Below, piece by piece: positions 56,296 to 64,000 of a stretch of 64,000 nucleotides of DNA (position 1 is the stretch's first letter; every line of letters begins with the position of its first letter). The position numbers and the translations under genes are program-made. The notes beneath the pieces were generated by a model. The model ran no database searches. It was not told where the DNA came from and saw only the letters and a program-made list of their open reading frames with translations. The stretch comes from an uncultured bacterium (GTDB lineage: Bacteria > Chloroflexota > UBA5177 > JANWHV01): positions 256,001-320,000 of the forward strand of contig CAWHAE010000008.1 of assembly GCA_963827235.1 (NCBI GenBank), given 5' to 3'.

Positions 56296-56985
56296 ATGAA
56301 TGCTGCCGTTGCCGCGGAGTCCATCCCACTGCTGATCGTCGACGATCATCCGGTCGTGCGTCACGGTCTGCAGGCTATCCTGCAGACGGACCCGACGCTC
56401 GCCGTGGTCGGCGAGGCCGAGGACGGTCAAGACGCACTGGAGAAAGTGGCGCAGCTCCACCCGCGCGTCGTGCTGATGGACGTGCATATGCCCAAAATGG
56501 ACGGGCTAGCCGCCACGCGCCGGATCAAGGAGCGCTTCCCACGGGTCGCCGTGGTGATTCTGACCCTCTATAACAACGAGCAGTACGTCGTGGAAGCCGT
56601 CAAGGCCGGTGCGGCGGGTTACCTCCTGAAGACGTCGACGCGCGACGAGATCAGCAGCACCATTCACGAGGTAAATTCAGGCGGCATGCTCATCCGGAGC
56701 TCGACACTGCACAAGGCGCTAGCCGGCACCGTGGAATCGGGAGAGGGCGTCGGCTACACCATGCGAACCTGGGGCGAAGCAGGAGAGATCGAGAGACTGA
56801 GCCCGCGGGAGCTGGACGTGCTGCGCCTCGTGGTGGAGGGCATGACGAACAAGGATATTGGCGCCACGCTGTACATCACCGAAGACACGGCGAAGAAGCA
56901 TGTGCAGAATATCATCGCCAAGCTCCAGGTCTCCGATCGCACGCAGGCAGCTGTGAAGGCGCTGAGGCTGGGTCTGGTCAAGTAG
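56296..56985 (+). CDS. NarL/LuxR family response regulator (no adjacent kinase)
   Basis: VDDH, LMD.HMP.MDG, YLLK, HTH LSPRELDVL..G.TNK.I; RBS AGGAGG; promoter TTGCGC-N17-TAGCAT upstream. Confidence 0.95.
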   Translation: MNAAVAAESIPLLIVDDHPVVRHGLQAILQTDPTLAVVGEAEDGQDALEKVAQLHPRVVLMDVHMPKMDGLAATRRIKERFPRVAVVILTLYNNEQYVVEAVKAGAAGYLLKTSTRDEISSTIHEVNSGGMLIRSSTLHKALAGTVESGEGVGYTMRTWGEAGEIERLSPRELDVLRLVVEGMTNKDIGATLYITEDTAKKHVQNIIAKLQVSDRTQAAVKALRLGLVK

Positions 56986-57106
56986 TCTCCGGCGGTACGA
57001 CCCTCCAGCCGGAAACATACCGTCCGGAGGCGGCACGGAGAGCTCGTGTCTGCGTCGAAACGTCCGCTTGGCCCGGCAGCGACGGTAGGCGAGCATCACC
57101 GCTCGG

Positions 57107-58480
57107 TCAGGCACTCGAGTCCGTCCAGAGGCCGTCCGCACCGGCACGCCCCAGGAAACACGGCTCGAGCGTGTTCTGCAGGTTTCTGTGTGAGTGCGTG
57201 TAGACGTTGAGATAGTTGCTTGTAAGGCCGTGCCATACCGCACCCTCCTGCCGCTCCCACAGTACGGCCTGAACAGAGCCGGCGAAGCGGCGGTGGAAGC
57301 TTGCCTTGAGCTCGGCGGCGAGCAGGCGCACGCGTTCGCTGCGTGCCGCCTTGGCGCTCTCCGCCACGTGGTCGGGTAGGTGCGCAGCCGCGGTCCCAGG
57401 CCGCGAAGAATAGCGGAACACATGGATACCGGCGAAGCGCAGGCGTTCGAGCGTGGCGACGGTCTGCTCGAAATCGACCTCCGTCTCACCCGGAAAACCG
57501 ACCATCACATCCGTCGTCACAGCGAGCTCATCGATTGACTCCCGTGCCAGCGCTACGAGAGCCTCGTACTGCCGGACGTCGTACTGACGTCGCATGGACC
57601 GCAGGACGGTGTCGCAGCCGCTCTGCAGCGGCACGTGAACGTGACGGCAGAGCCGAGGATCGCCCCACAGACGTAGCCATGCTGGCTGCAGATCCTGCGG
57701 CTCGATGCTGCTGACGCGGATGCGTAGTCGAGACGTACCGGCCAGCAGGGCGGACAGCAGCGAGGCGAGGTTCGGCGCACCGGGCAGGTCGCGTCCATAG
57801 CTGCCAAGCAGTATCCCCGTGAGTACGATCTCGCGGTAGCCGTGCGCTTCTAGGGCCTGCGCGGCAGTGACCGCCTCGGCCAACGGCACGCTGCGGGGGC
57901 CGCCTCGGGCCCGCGGTATGATGCAGAAGCTGCAACCGGCGTTGCACCCGTCCTGGACTTTTAGTGTGGCACGCGTGCGCTGACGGTCCGCTCCCACGGC
58001 GACGGGCAGCAGAGTGGCCGGCAGGCCTGCGCGTCCGAGCCGCGGCTCTCGAGCGGTCTTTGTCATCGAACCGACCGTGCAGCTTCGCCGCAGGGCGAGC
58101 TCCTCTTCGACAAGCTCGACGAGCTGATCCTTGTCGCGATTAGGGATGACGACGAGGTTTCCGGGCAGCAGGTTGCCGAGCTGACGGTTGGCGACGGACA
58201 CGTAGCAGCCGGTCGCTGCCACCAAGGCCAGCGGGTTGGCGCGACCGGCCTGACGGATCTCCTGTCGTGATTTTCGATCGGCTACGGCAGTGACCGTACA
58301 GGTGTTGACCACGTAGACGTCCGCTTCGTCCTCAAACGGCACGATCTGGTAGCCGCGGTCCAGGAAACTCGACATAAAGCTCTCGGTCTCGCTCGAGTTC
58401 ACCTTGCAGCCCAGGGTGGAGAAGGCGACTCGAGGAGCATCATCGGGCGACATCGCAGCCGGGGTGTCAGCCACAGGCAT
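57107..58480 (-). CDS. mtaB: tRNA t6A methylthiotransferase MtaB
   Basis: TLGCKVN..E, NTCTVT, TGCY, QDGCNAGCSFC, H.PLQSG, VGFPGET. Confidence 0.93.
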   Translation of the reverse strand: MPVADTPAAMSPDDAPRVAFSTLGCKVNSSETESFMSSFLDRGYQIVPFEDEADVYVVNTCTVTAVADRKSRQEIRQAGRANPLALVAATGCYVSVANRQLGNLLPGNLVVIPNRDKDQLVELVEEELALRRSCTVGSMTKTAREPRLGRAGLPATLLPVAVGADRQRTRATLKVQDGCNAGCSFCIIPRARGGPRSVPLAEAVTAAQALEAHGYREIVLTGILLGSYGRDLPGAPNLASLLSALLAGTSRLRIRVSSIEPQDLQPAWLRLWGDPRLCRHVHVPLQSGCDTVLRSMRRQYDVRQYEALVALARESIDELAVTTDVMVGFPGETEVDFEQTVATLERLRFAGIHVFRYSSRPGTAAAHLPDHVAESAKAARSERVRLLAAELKASFHRRFAGSVQAVLWERQEGAVWHGLTSNYLNVYTHSHRNLQNTLEPCFLGRAGADGLWTDSSA

Positions 58481-58819
58481 CACCTCTCATGCCAGGCCGC
58501 GGTCTGCCTGCTGAGCCAGGTTGCCGGCCGGTCCGCGGGCCGCGCGGGACAGTCTAGCAAATGTGATTGTCGGCATAGGAAGCATGATAGCGATAATGAC
58601 GGCAGCAGACGTACCTGGGCCTGGCGATTACCGGGCGCATGCCATACTCTGGCGCCGCCCAACTGTGCGGGCGGGAGCGGCAGCTCTGCCTGAGCCTGCC
58701 GGCTCCAGGTGGCCACAGACGGCCCTCGCTCGCGGCCAGGCCGGTATCGGCGTAGACGAGCCTCCGGTATCCGTCGATGCGATTCGAGACTCTCGGGCCA
58801 AGCGCGGGCTCGCGGCGAC

Positions 58820-59905
58820 CTACGCCGGGTAGCAGCTGGCCAACCAGTTGTTGCCGCCCTGATCGACGAATGTGCCCTGGCACGTGGCGTGTAATGTCAC
58901 GTTGTGCACGAAGGTGGTAGGCACGGCGGGAGCCACCAGGTCGATGTGGTTGTTCACCCGGGGCGAAGGCGGCGGGATCTGCAGCGTGTAGGGACGGGCA
59001 TCGCCGAGCAACAGGCTATCGAGGTGCATGGTGCCGTCATTCTCCACCTGCATCGTGCCGTAGGTACTGACGTTGTCCCCTATCTGGCCGCCCGTAAAGC
59101 TCGCCGTTCCGCTGCTCTCGATACCCCCGATAGCCATATCAGCGACGTTGCCGAGGACCACGACGCTGCGTGCCACCAGGATGCCCGCGTTGACGATACC
59201 GGCTTCCTGGATCGCTTCGTTGTCGTTCACCTGACTACCAACGATTTGTAAGTTGCCCAAGTTGCTGATGCCGCCGCCTCGATCCAGGCCACCGTCCAGG
59301 TAGGGGGTCGTGTTGTGGTTCACAGCGCTGCTGTCCACGGTCAGAGTGGCACCGGCCAGGTTGTCGATGCCGCCTCCGTCGTCCGCGCTATTACGCTCTA
59401 CCTGGCTATTGTGCAGCAGCATGGAGCCGGCGTTGAGGATACCGCCGCCCTGAACGGCTGTGTTGGCCAGCACCTGGCACCTGTGCACGTATATCGTGCC
59501 ATGGTTGTCGATGCCGCCGCCCTGACCGGGTATCGACGCGTGGCCGCCGGTGATCGTCAAGGAGTAGATTTGCGCTGTGACGCCGGGCTCGACGCGAAAG
59601 ACACTTGAGTGCCCGGCTGCGTCGATGGTCATCGCCTGCGGGCCCGCTCCCGGCCCCATGATCGCCACGCTGCGGCTGAGGTCGAGCACGCCCTGGGTGA
59701 GCGTGATGGTCGTTCCATCGAGATGGAGAGAGAACTCAACGCTGTCTCCGGCGGCAGCATGAGTCAGGATGGCGCGCAGCGTACCCGCGCCGCCGTCGTC
59801 GGCTGAGCTGGTGACCAACCACGTGTGCGGTGCGTTCGCCGCACGAGCGTGCGAAAGAGGCAGTAAACAAATCAGGGCAGCGATGAGCAACGCGACGCGG
59901 TTCAC
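58820..59905 (-). CDS. Secreted right-handed beta-helix repeat protein (CSLREA-like N-terminus)
   Basis: Signal peptide ending ARA-A; VTSSADD.GAGTLR; repeated GGGI.N.G motifs. Confidence 0.8.
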   Translation of the reverse strand: MNRVALLIAALICLLPLSHARAANAPHTWLVTSSADDGGAGTLRAILTHAAAGDSVEFSLHLDGTTITLTQGVLDLSRSVAIMGPGAGPQAMTIDAAGHSSVFRVEPGVTAQIYSLTITGGHASIPGQGGGIDNHGTIYVHRCQVLANTAVQGGGILNAGSMLLHNSQVERNSADDGGGIDNLAGATLTVDSSAVNHNTTPYLDGGLDRGGGISNLGNLQIVGSQVNDNEAIQEAGIVNAGILVARSVVVLGNVADMAIGGIESSGTASFTGGQIGDNVSTYGTMQVENDGTMHLDSLLLGDARPYTLQIPPPSPRVNNHIDLVAPAVPTTFVHNVTLHATCQGTFVDQGGNNWLASCYPA

Positions 59906-60515
59906 GGTTCCCCCACCTTCTGTACTTGACTTATCTCAGTCTACACGCCGCCGGTGACAAAGATAGGCCCATTAGTATATACGCCTTATAGGTGCGTATT
60001 GCACGCTATCTGTTGGCTGAGCTTGCCCGAATTCGAAGAACTGGTGCTGGCTTCCGGCGACGCCGGGACGGCATCCATCCTCGTTGCCTACCGGGCATGC
60101 TAGGCAAGGCGTGCTCCGCGAAACGCCACTGCACGCTTGCCTCCCGGAATGGTGCGGGCGGCCCGACCTCTCGGCAGCCTCCGCCGCCAGCGGTGCCGCG
60201 ATGCGCGTCACGGTCACTTGGGAGCCGGGACAGCCGGCGCCTCTCTAGGATGAGAGCGGCATCGGTGTGGCCGGTAGGATGCTTTCGATTCTCGCAGCGC
60301 ACCATTCGCGGCGCGCCATGACGGCGGTAGCGCGGCGCCGGGGGTCGTCATCTCGACGCGATCGCTCAGGAAGCGCTGCGGTCTTTGCGGCTCGTGGATG
60401 CCAAGAATCAGTACTGATAGCCCGGCGCGTTGCTGCTATCATACCGGCGGCAGCATGGGTGCTCGACGGCTAGTTGGGCTCACACTACGCCAAGCTGCCA
60501 TCGGGGGAATGTTAG

Positions 60516-61523
60516 TTGGGCGAGAAAGCGCTGATAATCGGAGTAAGCTCGCAGGACGGCTCGTATCTCGCCGATCTCCTGCTGACCAAGGGGTACGAAG
60601 TGGTCGGCACCATCCGGCATACTACGAGCTACGTCAAAGAGAACATCCAGCATCTTGCGGGACGTATCGCCATCGAAGCCGCTGACCTGCTGGACGCCGA
60701 GAGCGTCGTGCACGTGGTCAAGAAGCATTGTCCCAGCGAGATCTACAATATCGCGGCACAGTCCATTCCCGCGGACAGCTGGACCCACCCCTACTACACG
60801 GGCGAGATCACCGGCTTGGGCGTGGTGCGCGTCATGGAGGCCGTGAGGCATCACGCCCCGCGGGCAAAGGTCTACCAGGCTACCAGCCGCGAGATCTTCG
60901 GCCACATCGAAGACGGCACTGCGAACGAGTCGACGCTTATCGACGCGAACAACCCCTATGGCATTGCCAAGGCGTATGCGCATATGATGGCCCGCTGCTA
61001 TCGCGAGTCGTATGGTCTCTTCTCCTGCTCCGGCATCTGTTTCAACCACGAGAGCCCCCGGAGGAGCCTGCACTTCGTGACCAGGAAGATCACCGCGGCA
61101 GTGGCCTGCATCGTGCATGGCATCGACAACCCTCCGCTGGACGAGCTGGGGCGCCCGCTGATCGGTGGCGACAGGAAACTGCACCTGGGTTGGCTCGATT
61201 CGCCTCGCGACTGGGGTTACGCGAAGGAATATGTCGAGGCGATGTGGCTCATGCTGCAACGGGAATCGCCGAAGGACTACGTCATCGCTACCAATGTCAC
61301 GCACACGGTACGCGACGTCTGCCGAGCGGCATTTGGCCACGTTGGGCTCGACTGGGAGGACTATGTGATCAGCGATCCGGCCCTGCTGAGGCCGACGGAG
61401 ATCACCTGCCTGCAAGGTGATTATTCCCTGGCGAAAGCCGAGCTTGGGTGGGAGCCGCGGACGACGTTCGATGAGCTCATCGAGCTCATGGTCGACGCCG
61501 ACTTGCAGCGCTTCAAGCAGTAA
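60516..61523 (+). CDS. gmd: GDP-mannose 4,6-dehydratase family
   Basis: G..QDGSYLA, YNIAAQS, PYG.AK, FNHESPRR, FVTRKI, RDWG, LRPTE. Confidence 0.88.
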   Translation: MGEKALIIGVSSQDGSYLADLLLTKGYEVVGTIRHTTSYVKENIQHLAGRIAIEAADLLDAESVVHVVKKHCPSEIYNIAAQSIPADSWTHPYYTGEITGLGVVRVMEAVRHHAPRAKVYQATSREIFGHIEDGTANESTLIDANNPYGIAKAYAHMMARCYRESYGLFSCSGICFNHESPRRSLHFVTRKITAAVACIVHGIDNPPLDELGRPLIGGDRKLHLGWLDSPRDWGYAKEYVEAMWLMLQRESPKDYVIATNVTHTVRDVCRAAFGHVGLDWEDYVISDPALLRPTEITCLQGDYSLAKAELGWEPRTTFDELIELMVDADLQRFKQ

Positions 61524-61799
61524 TGCTAGTGACCAAGTCGTGTCGCCTCGAGCATGCCTTGCCATCCCGGGCCGTTCGCGCTGGACACCACTCCCGCGAT
61601 GGGGAAGCCAGGCTGCAGATGCTGGTCGGTGAAGCCGTGGCGATGCGCCCAGAGCCGCCAGAGGCGATGTCCTCGTCGAGCGCGCGCTCGATCAGACGCG
61701 CTGCGGGCGACGGCCGTTCACGCGGGACGACGCAGCCAATCGGCGACGAGTGGCCCCCGGGACAATGGTTGCACGGACGCCTCGAATCTCACTTGACCG

Positions 61800-62170
61800 C
61801 CCAGCATGCATGCCGGCAGCTCCGACGCGACGCGCCGGCGCTCCACATGGTCGAGTGCGGCCTGGTCTGCACGACCGTGCATGGCACAGCGGTCGACCAT
61901 CGCAACATCCGGCGGCGCTTCACGCGTCTTTGTCGGCTCTCAGGCGTTCCGCGCGTTCGCATCTACGATCTCCGGCACACCGCCACCAGCCTGATGATCG
62001 ACGCCGGCGCGGATCTGAAAGCCGCGAGCGAGGCGCTTGGTCATACCGATCCGCGGATCACGATGAAGGTCTATCGTCATGTGCGCGGCGACCAGCGGGC
62101 CCAGGCCATTGCCCTTCTCTCCGATGCGATCACGCATGCCGATCCACCAACGGAGCTCGATCAGGATTGA
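61800..62170 (+). pseudogene. C-terminal remnant of a tyrosine recombinase/integrase
   Basis: RIYDLRHTATSLM, LGH.DP.IT..VY.H boxes present; N-terminal domains and first catalytic Arg box not recognisable upstream; left boundary approximate. Confidence 0.8.
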
Positions 62171-62192
62171 CATCGCACAATCATCGCAAAAA
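62171..62192 (+). repeat. Tandem direct repeat right after integrase stop (arm-type att site-like)
   Basis: CATCGCACAAT CATCGCAAAAA. Confidence 0.55.
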
Positions 62193-62608
62193 TGGTCCCG
62201 GCAGAGGGTTCGTTCCACCCCGTCCGGCGCCATGTTCCCCCTGAGATCGCGGTTCTGATGTGCCGATTCCGTCCCCCGGACCTTCTGAAGTCGTTTCAGA
62301 AGATAGTGTGCCTAACGCTCACATCGAGATCTCCGACACCTAGCATGCGGAAGGTGGTGGCAGGCAAAGCCCGTCGATGACAATCCAACGCCGGGCACCA
62401 TAATCTAGACAAGGTCCCGCGCGCACATGCCTGAGTCGAGGGCAAGCGCGCAAGTCGTACAATAGAGTCTGTAAAGTCGGTGCCGCGCGTCTGACTTTCC
62501 AACCTGGAACTCAGGCATGTCATCCCGGCGAGTTGCTGGGCCAGACGTTCACGCGAGTGCGCCGCGACAGTCTCGACTGATGGTGCGGCGGGTTGGGGGT
62601 CGGCTCGG

Positions 62609-63538
62609 ATGGAAGATTCTGGCGTTGTACATTCAATCGCGCGGATTTCGCCGAAGGTTCGACTTGGTCCTGCGGGCATCCACGTGTTCGACCGGAAAAC
62701 GGGGACCAATGTCCTTCTCGACGAGGTCCAGGTGCCTCCTGCGTCGTGGTCCATCACGCCTAGGCACGTTGGAATCGCGCTCACGAACGCGTGCGATCTC
62801 TCCTGCCCCTATTGCTTCGCGCCAAAGAAGCCTGCGGCACTGGACTTCGATCAGGTGGTCGGCTGGCTTGAGGAGTTGGATTCTGGTGGGAGCCTATCCG
62901 TTGGATTCGGCGGGGGTGAGCCAACTCTCTACCGCCGACTCGGAGAGCTATGTCACTACGCCGCCAGTCGCACTCAGCTTGCAGTCACGTTAACTACGCA
63001 CGGCCATCACCTGACTCCCAACCTTATTGGCGCACTAACCGGGGCCGTTCACTTTGTGCGCGTCAGTGTGGATGGGGTTGGGCTGACTTACGAGGCACTA
63101 CGCGGGCGCTCATTTTCGGCTCTGCGCAAGCGACTTGAAGCCGTCAGGTCGCTTGCGCCACTCGGGATCAACTTCGTCGTCAACCGCATCACGTTCGCCG
63201 ATCTCGATGCCGCAATCGAGCTTGCCGCAAATGCAGGCGCAGCACAGTTCCTTTTGCTCCCCGAACAGCCTGTTCGAGGGCGTGGTGGCATTGATGAGAA
63301 AACTCGTGAGGCGTTACAACGCTGGGTCCGCTACTATCATGGCTCAGTGCCATTAGCTGTGAGCGAAAGTGGCGCCGTCGGCTTGCCAAGCTGCAACCCG
63401 CTGGATGGCGAGAGCGGACTACGCGCGTATGCACACATCGACGCGTCGGGCGTCCTAAAAGCCTCCTCGTATGAGATCGACGGTGTGTCAATTGGGCAAG
63501 GGGGGCTCGTGCAGGCGCTCGACACACTGCGGGGGTAA
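62609..63538 (+). CDS. Radical SAM protein of unknown function
   Basis: LTNACDLSCPYC (CxxxCxxC), FGGGEPTL, TTHG, VSVDG; degenerate C-terminal SPASM/Twitch-like hairpin. Confidence 0.92.
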   Translation: MEDSGVVHSIARISPKVRLGPAGIHVFDRKTGTNVLLDEVQVPPASWSITPRHVGIALTNACDLSCPYCFAPKKPAALDFDQVVGWLEELDSGGSLSVGFGGGEPTLYRRLGELCHYAASRTQLAVTLTTHGHHLTPNLIGALTGAVHFVRVSVDGVGLTYEALRGRSFSALRKRLEAVRSLAPLGINFVVNRITFADLDAAIELAANAGAAQFLLLPEQPVRGRGGIDEKTREALQRWVRYYHGSVPLAVSESGAVGLPSCNPLDGESGLRAYAHIDASGVLKASSYEIDGVSIGQGGLVQALDTLRG

Positions 63539-63556
63539 CGGATACGGGAGGCTAGA

Positions 63557-63967
63557 ATGAAGATTTGGCAAGGGTATGGTTCCGAGCACTCTTCGAATCT
63601 CGTCATGATCGGTCGCTTCAAGGGGGTGGACGACGCAGACAAGGCGCGCGAGGCCATCGAGCGGTTGACCACGCAGGTCAAGGTAGAACAAGATGAGAAA
63701 CGTCTCGATGTCGGCGGGAGGACTGAGCGGTACTCGGATCAAGTACGCAAGCTCCTGAGGGAACTTGACCTCTGGACTCTTGCTCCCATTGAACTCGAGC
63801 AGTTCCTGTATGACGTCTCCGTCACGGCCGAAAATGACCGTGTCGTCGTGAAGACCGATGAAGCTGATGTTTCGGCGTTCCTCAAGATCCTGCTCGATCG
63901 CGGCGCGCGCGTTGAGGTGTTCTCCGCCCACCACTATCCCGAGGATGAGTCGAAGAAGACGCGGTGA
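63557..63967 (+). CDS. DUF6375-like protein
   Basis: MKIWQGYGSEHSSNLVMIG.F N-terminus and EVFSAH.YP C-terminus recalled as DUF6375; RBS GGGAGG; 18 bp after radical SAM stop. Confidence 0.75.
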   Translation: MKIWQGYGSEHSSNLVMIGRFKGVDDADKAREAIERLTTQVKVEQDEKRLDVGGRTERYSDQVRKLLRELDLWTLAPIELEQFLYDVSVTAENDRVVVKTDEADVSAFLKILLDRGARVEVFSAHHYPEDESKKTR

Positions 63968-63989
63968 GGCTCCCCGGATCGGAGGACCA

Positions 63990-64000
63990 ATGCCAGCACT
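63990..64000 (+). CDS. Start of a third operon gene (truncated by window end)
   Basis: GGAGG (63981-63985) followed by ATG CCA GCA at 63990. Confidence 0.5.

Noticed and set aside
60280-60305. TTCGATTCTCGCAGCGCACCA looks like a tRNA 3' end
   Set aside because: No T-stem pairing or cloverleaf can be built.
62609-63538. Calling the radical SAM a prokaryotic viperin
   Set aside because: Viperin-specific motifs (N.H before CxxxCxxC-F, C-terminal Y..LD) are not evident; left as unknown.

Overview
High-GC bacterial chromosome segment, most likely Chloroflexota-like (inferred from the TIGR03663-NHL fusion, USP-GpgS fusion and DUF6391-type protein, with no outer-membrane genes seen). Most of it is housekeeping genes in shuffled order: jag-yidC-yidD-rnpA-rpmH without adjacent dnaA; a gyrB/gyrA-like type IIA topoisomerase pair whose A subunit lacks the GyrA-box; recX, aroF, polX, uxaA-like, map, lipB, tyrA, cobA-hemD, hemL, yebC-ruvC-ruvA, trkA x2, queA, fmt, tatAC, pccB-like, a sigma-28, ruvB, mtaB and gmd. 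It also holds several GT-C membrane glycosyltransferases and a five-gene amino-sugar cluster (kinase, GH4, nagB, DegT aminotransferase, Gfo/Idh/MocA). Multiple frameshifts (gyrA, 42.7-45.1 kb, pccB) look like assembly indels. The last ~2.5 kb is the edge of an accessory island: a truncated tyrosine integrase with att-like tandem repeats, then an uncharacterised operon (radical SAM + DUF6375-like protein + a third gene cut off by the window end). That operon is the best candidate for an undescribed system. No tRNA, rRNA or CRISPR array was recognised. All family assignments are from motif recognition by eye, not database searches.
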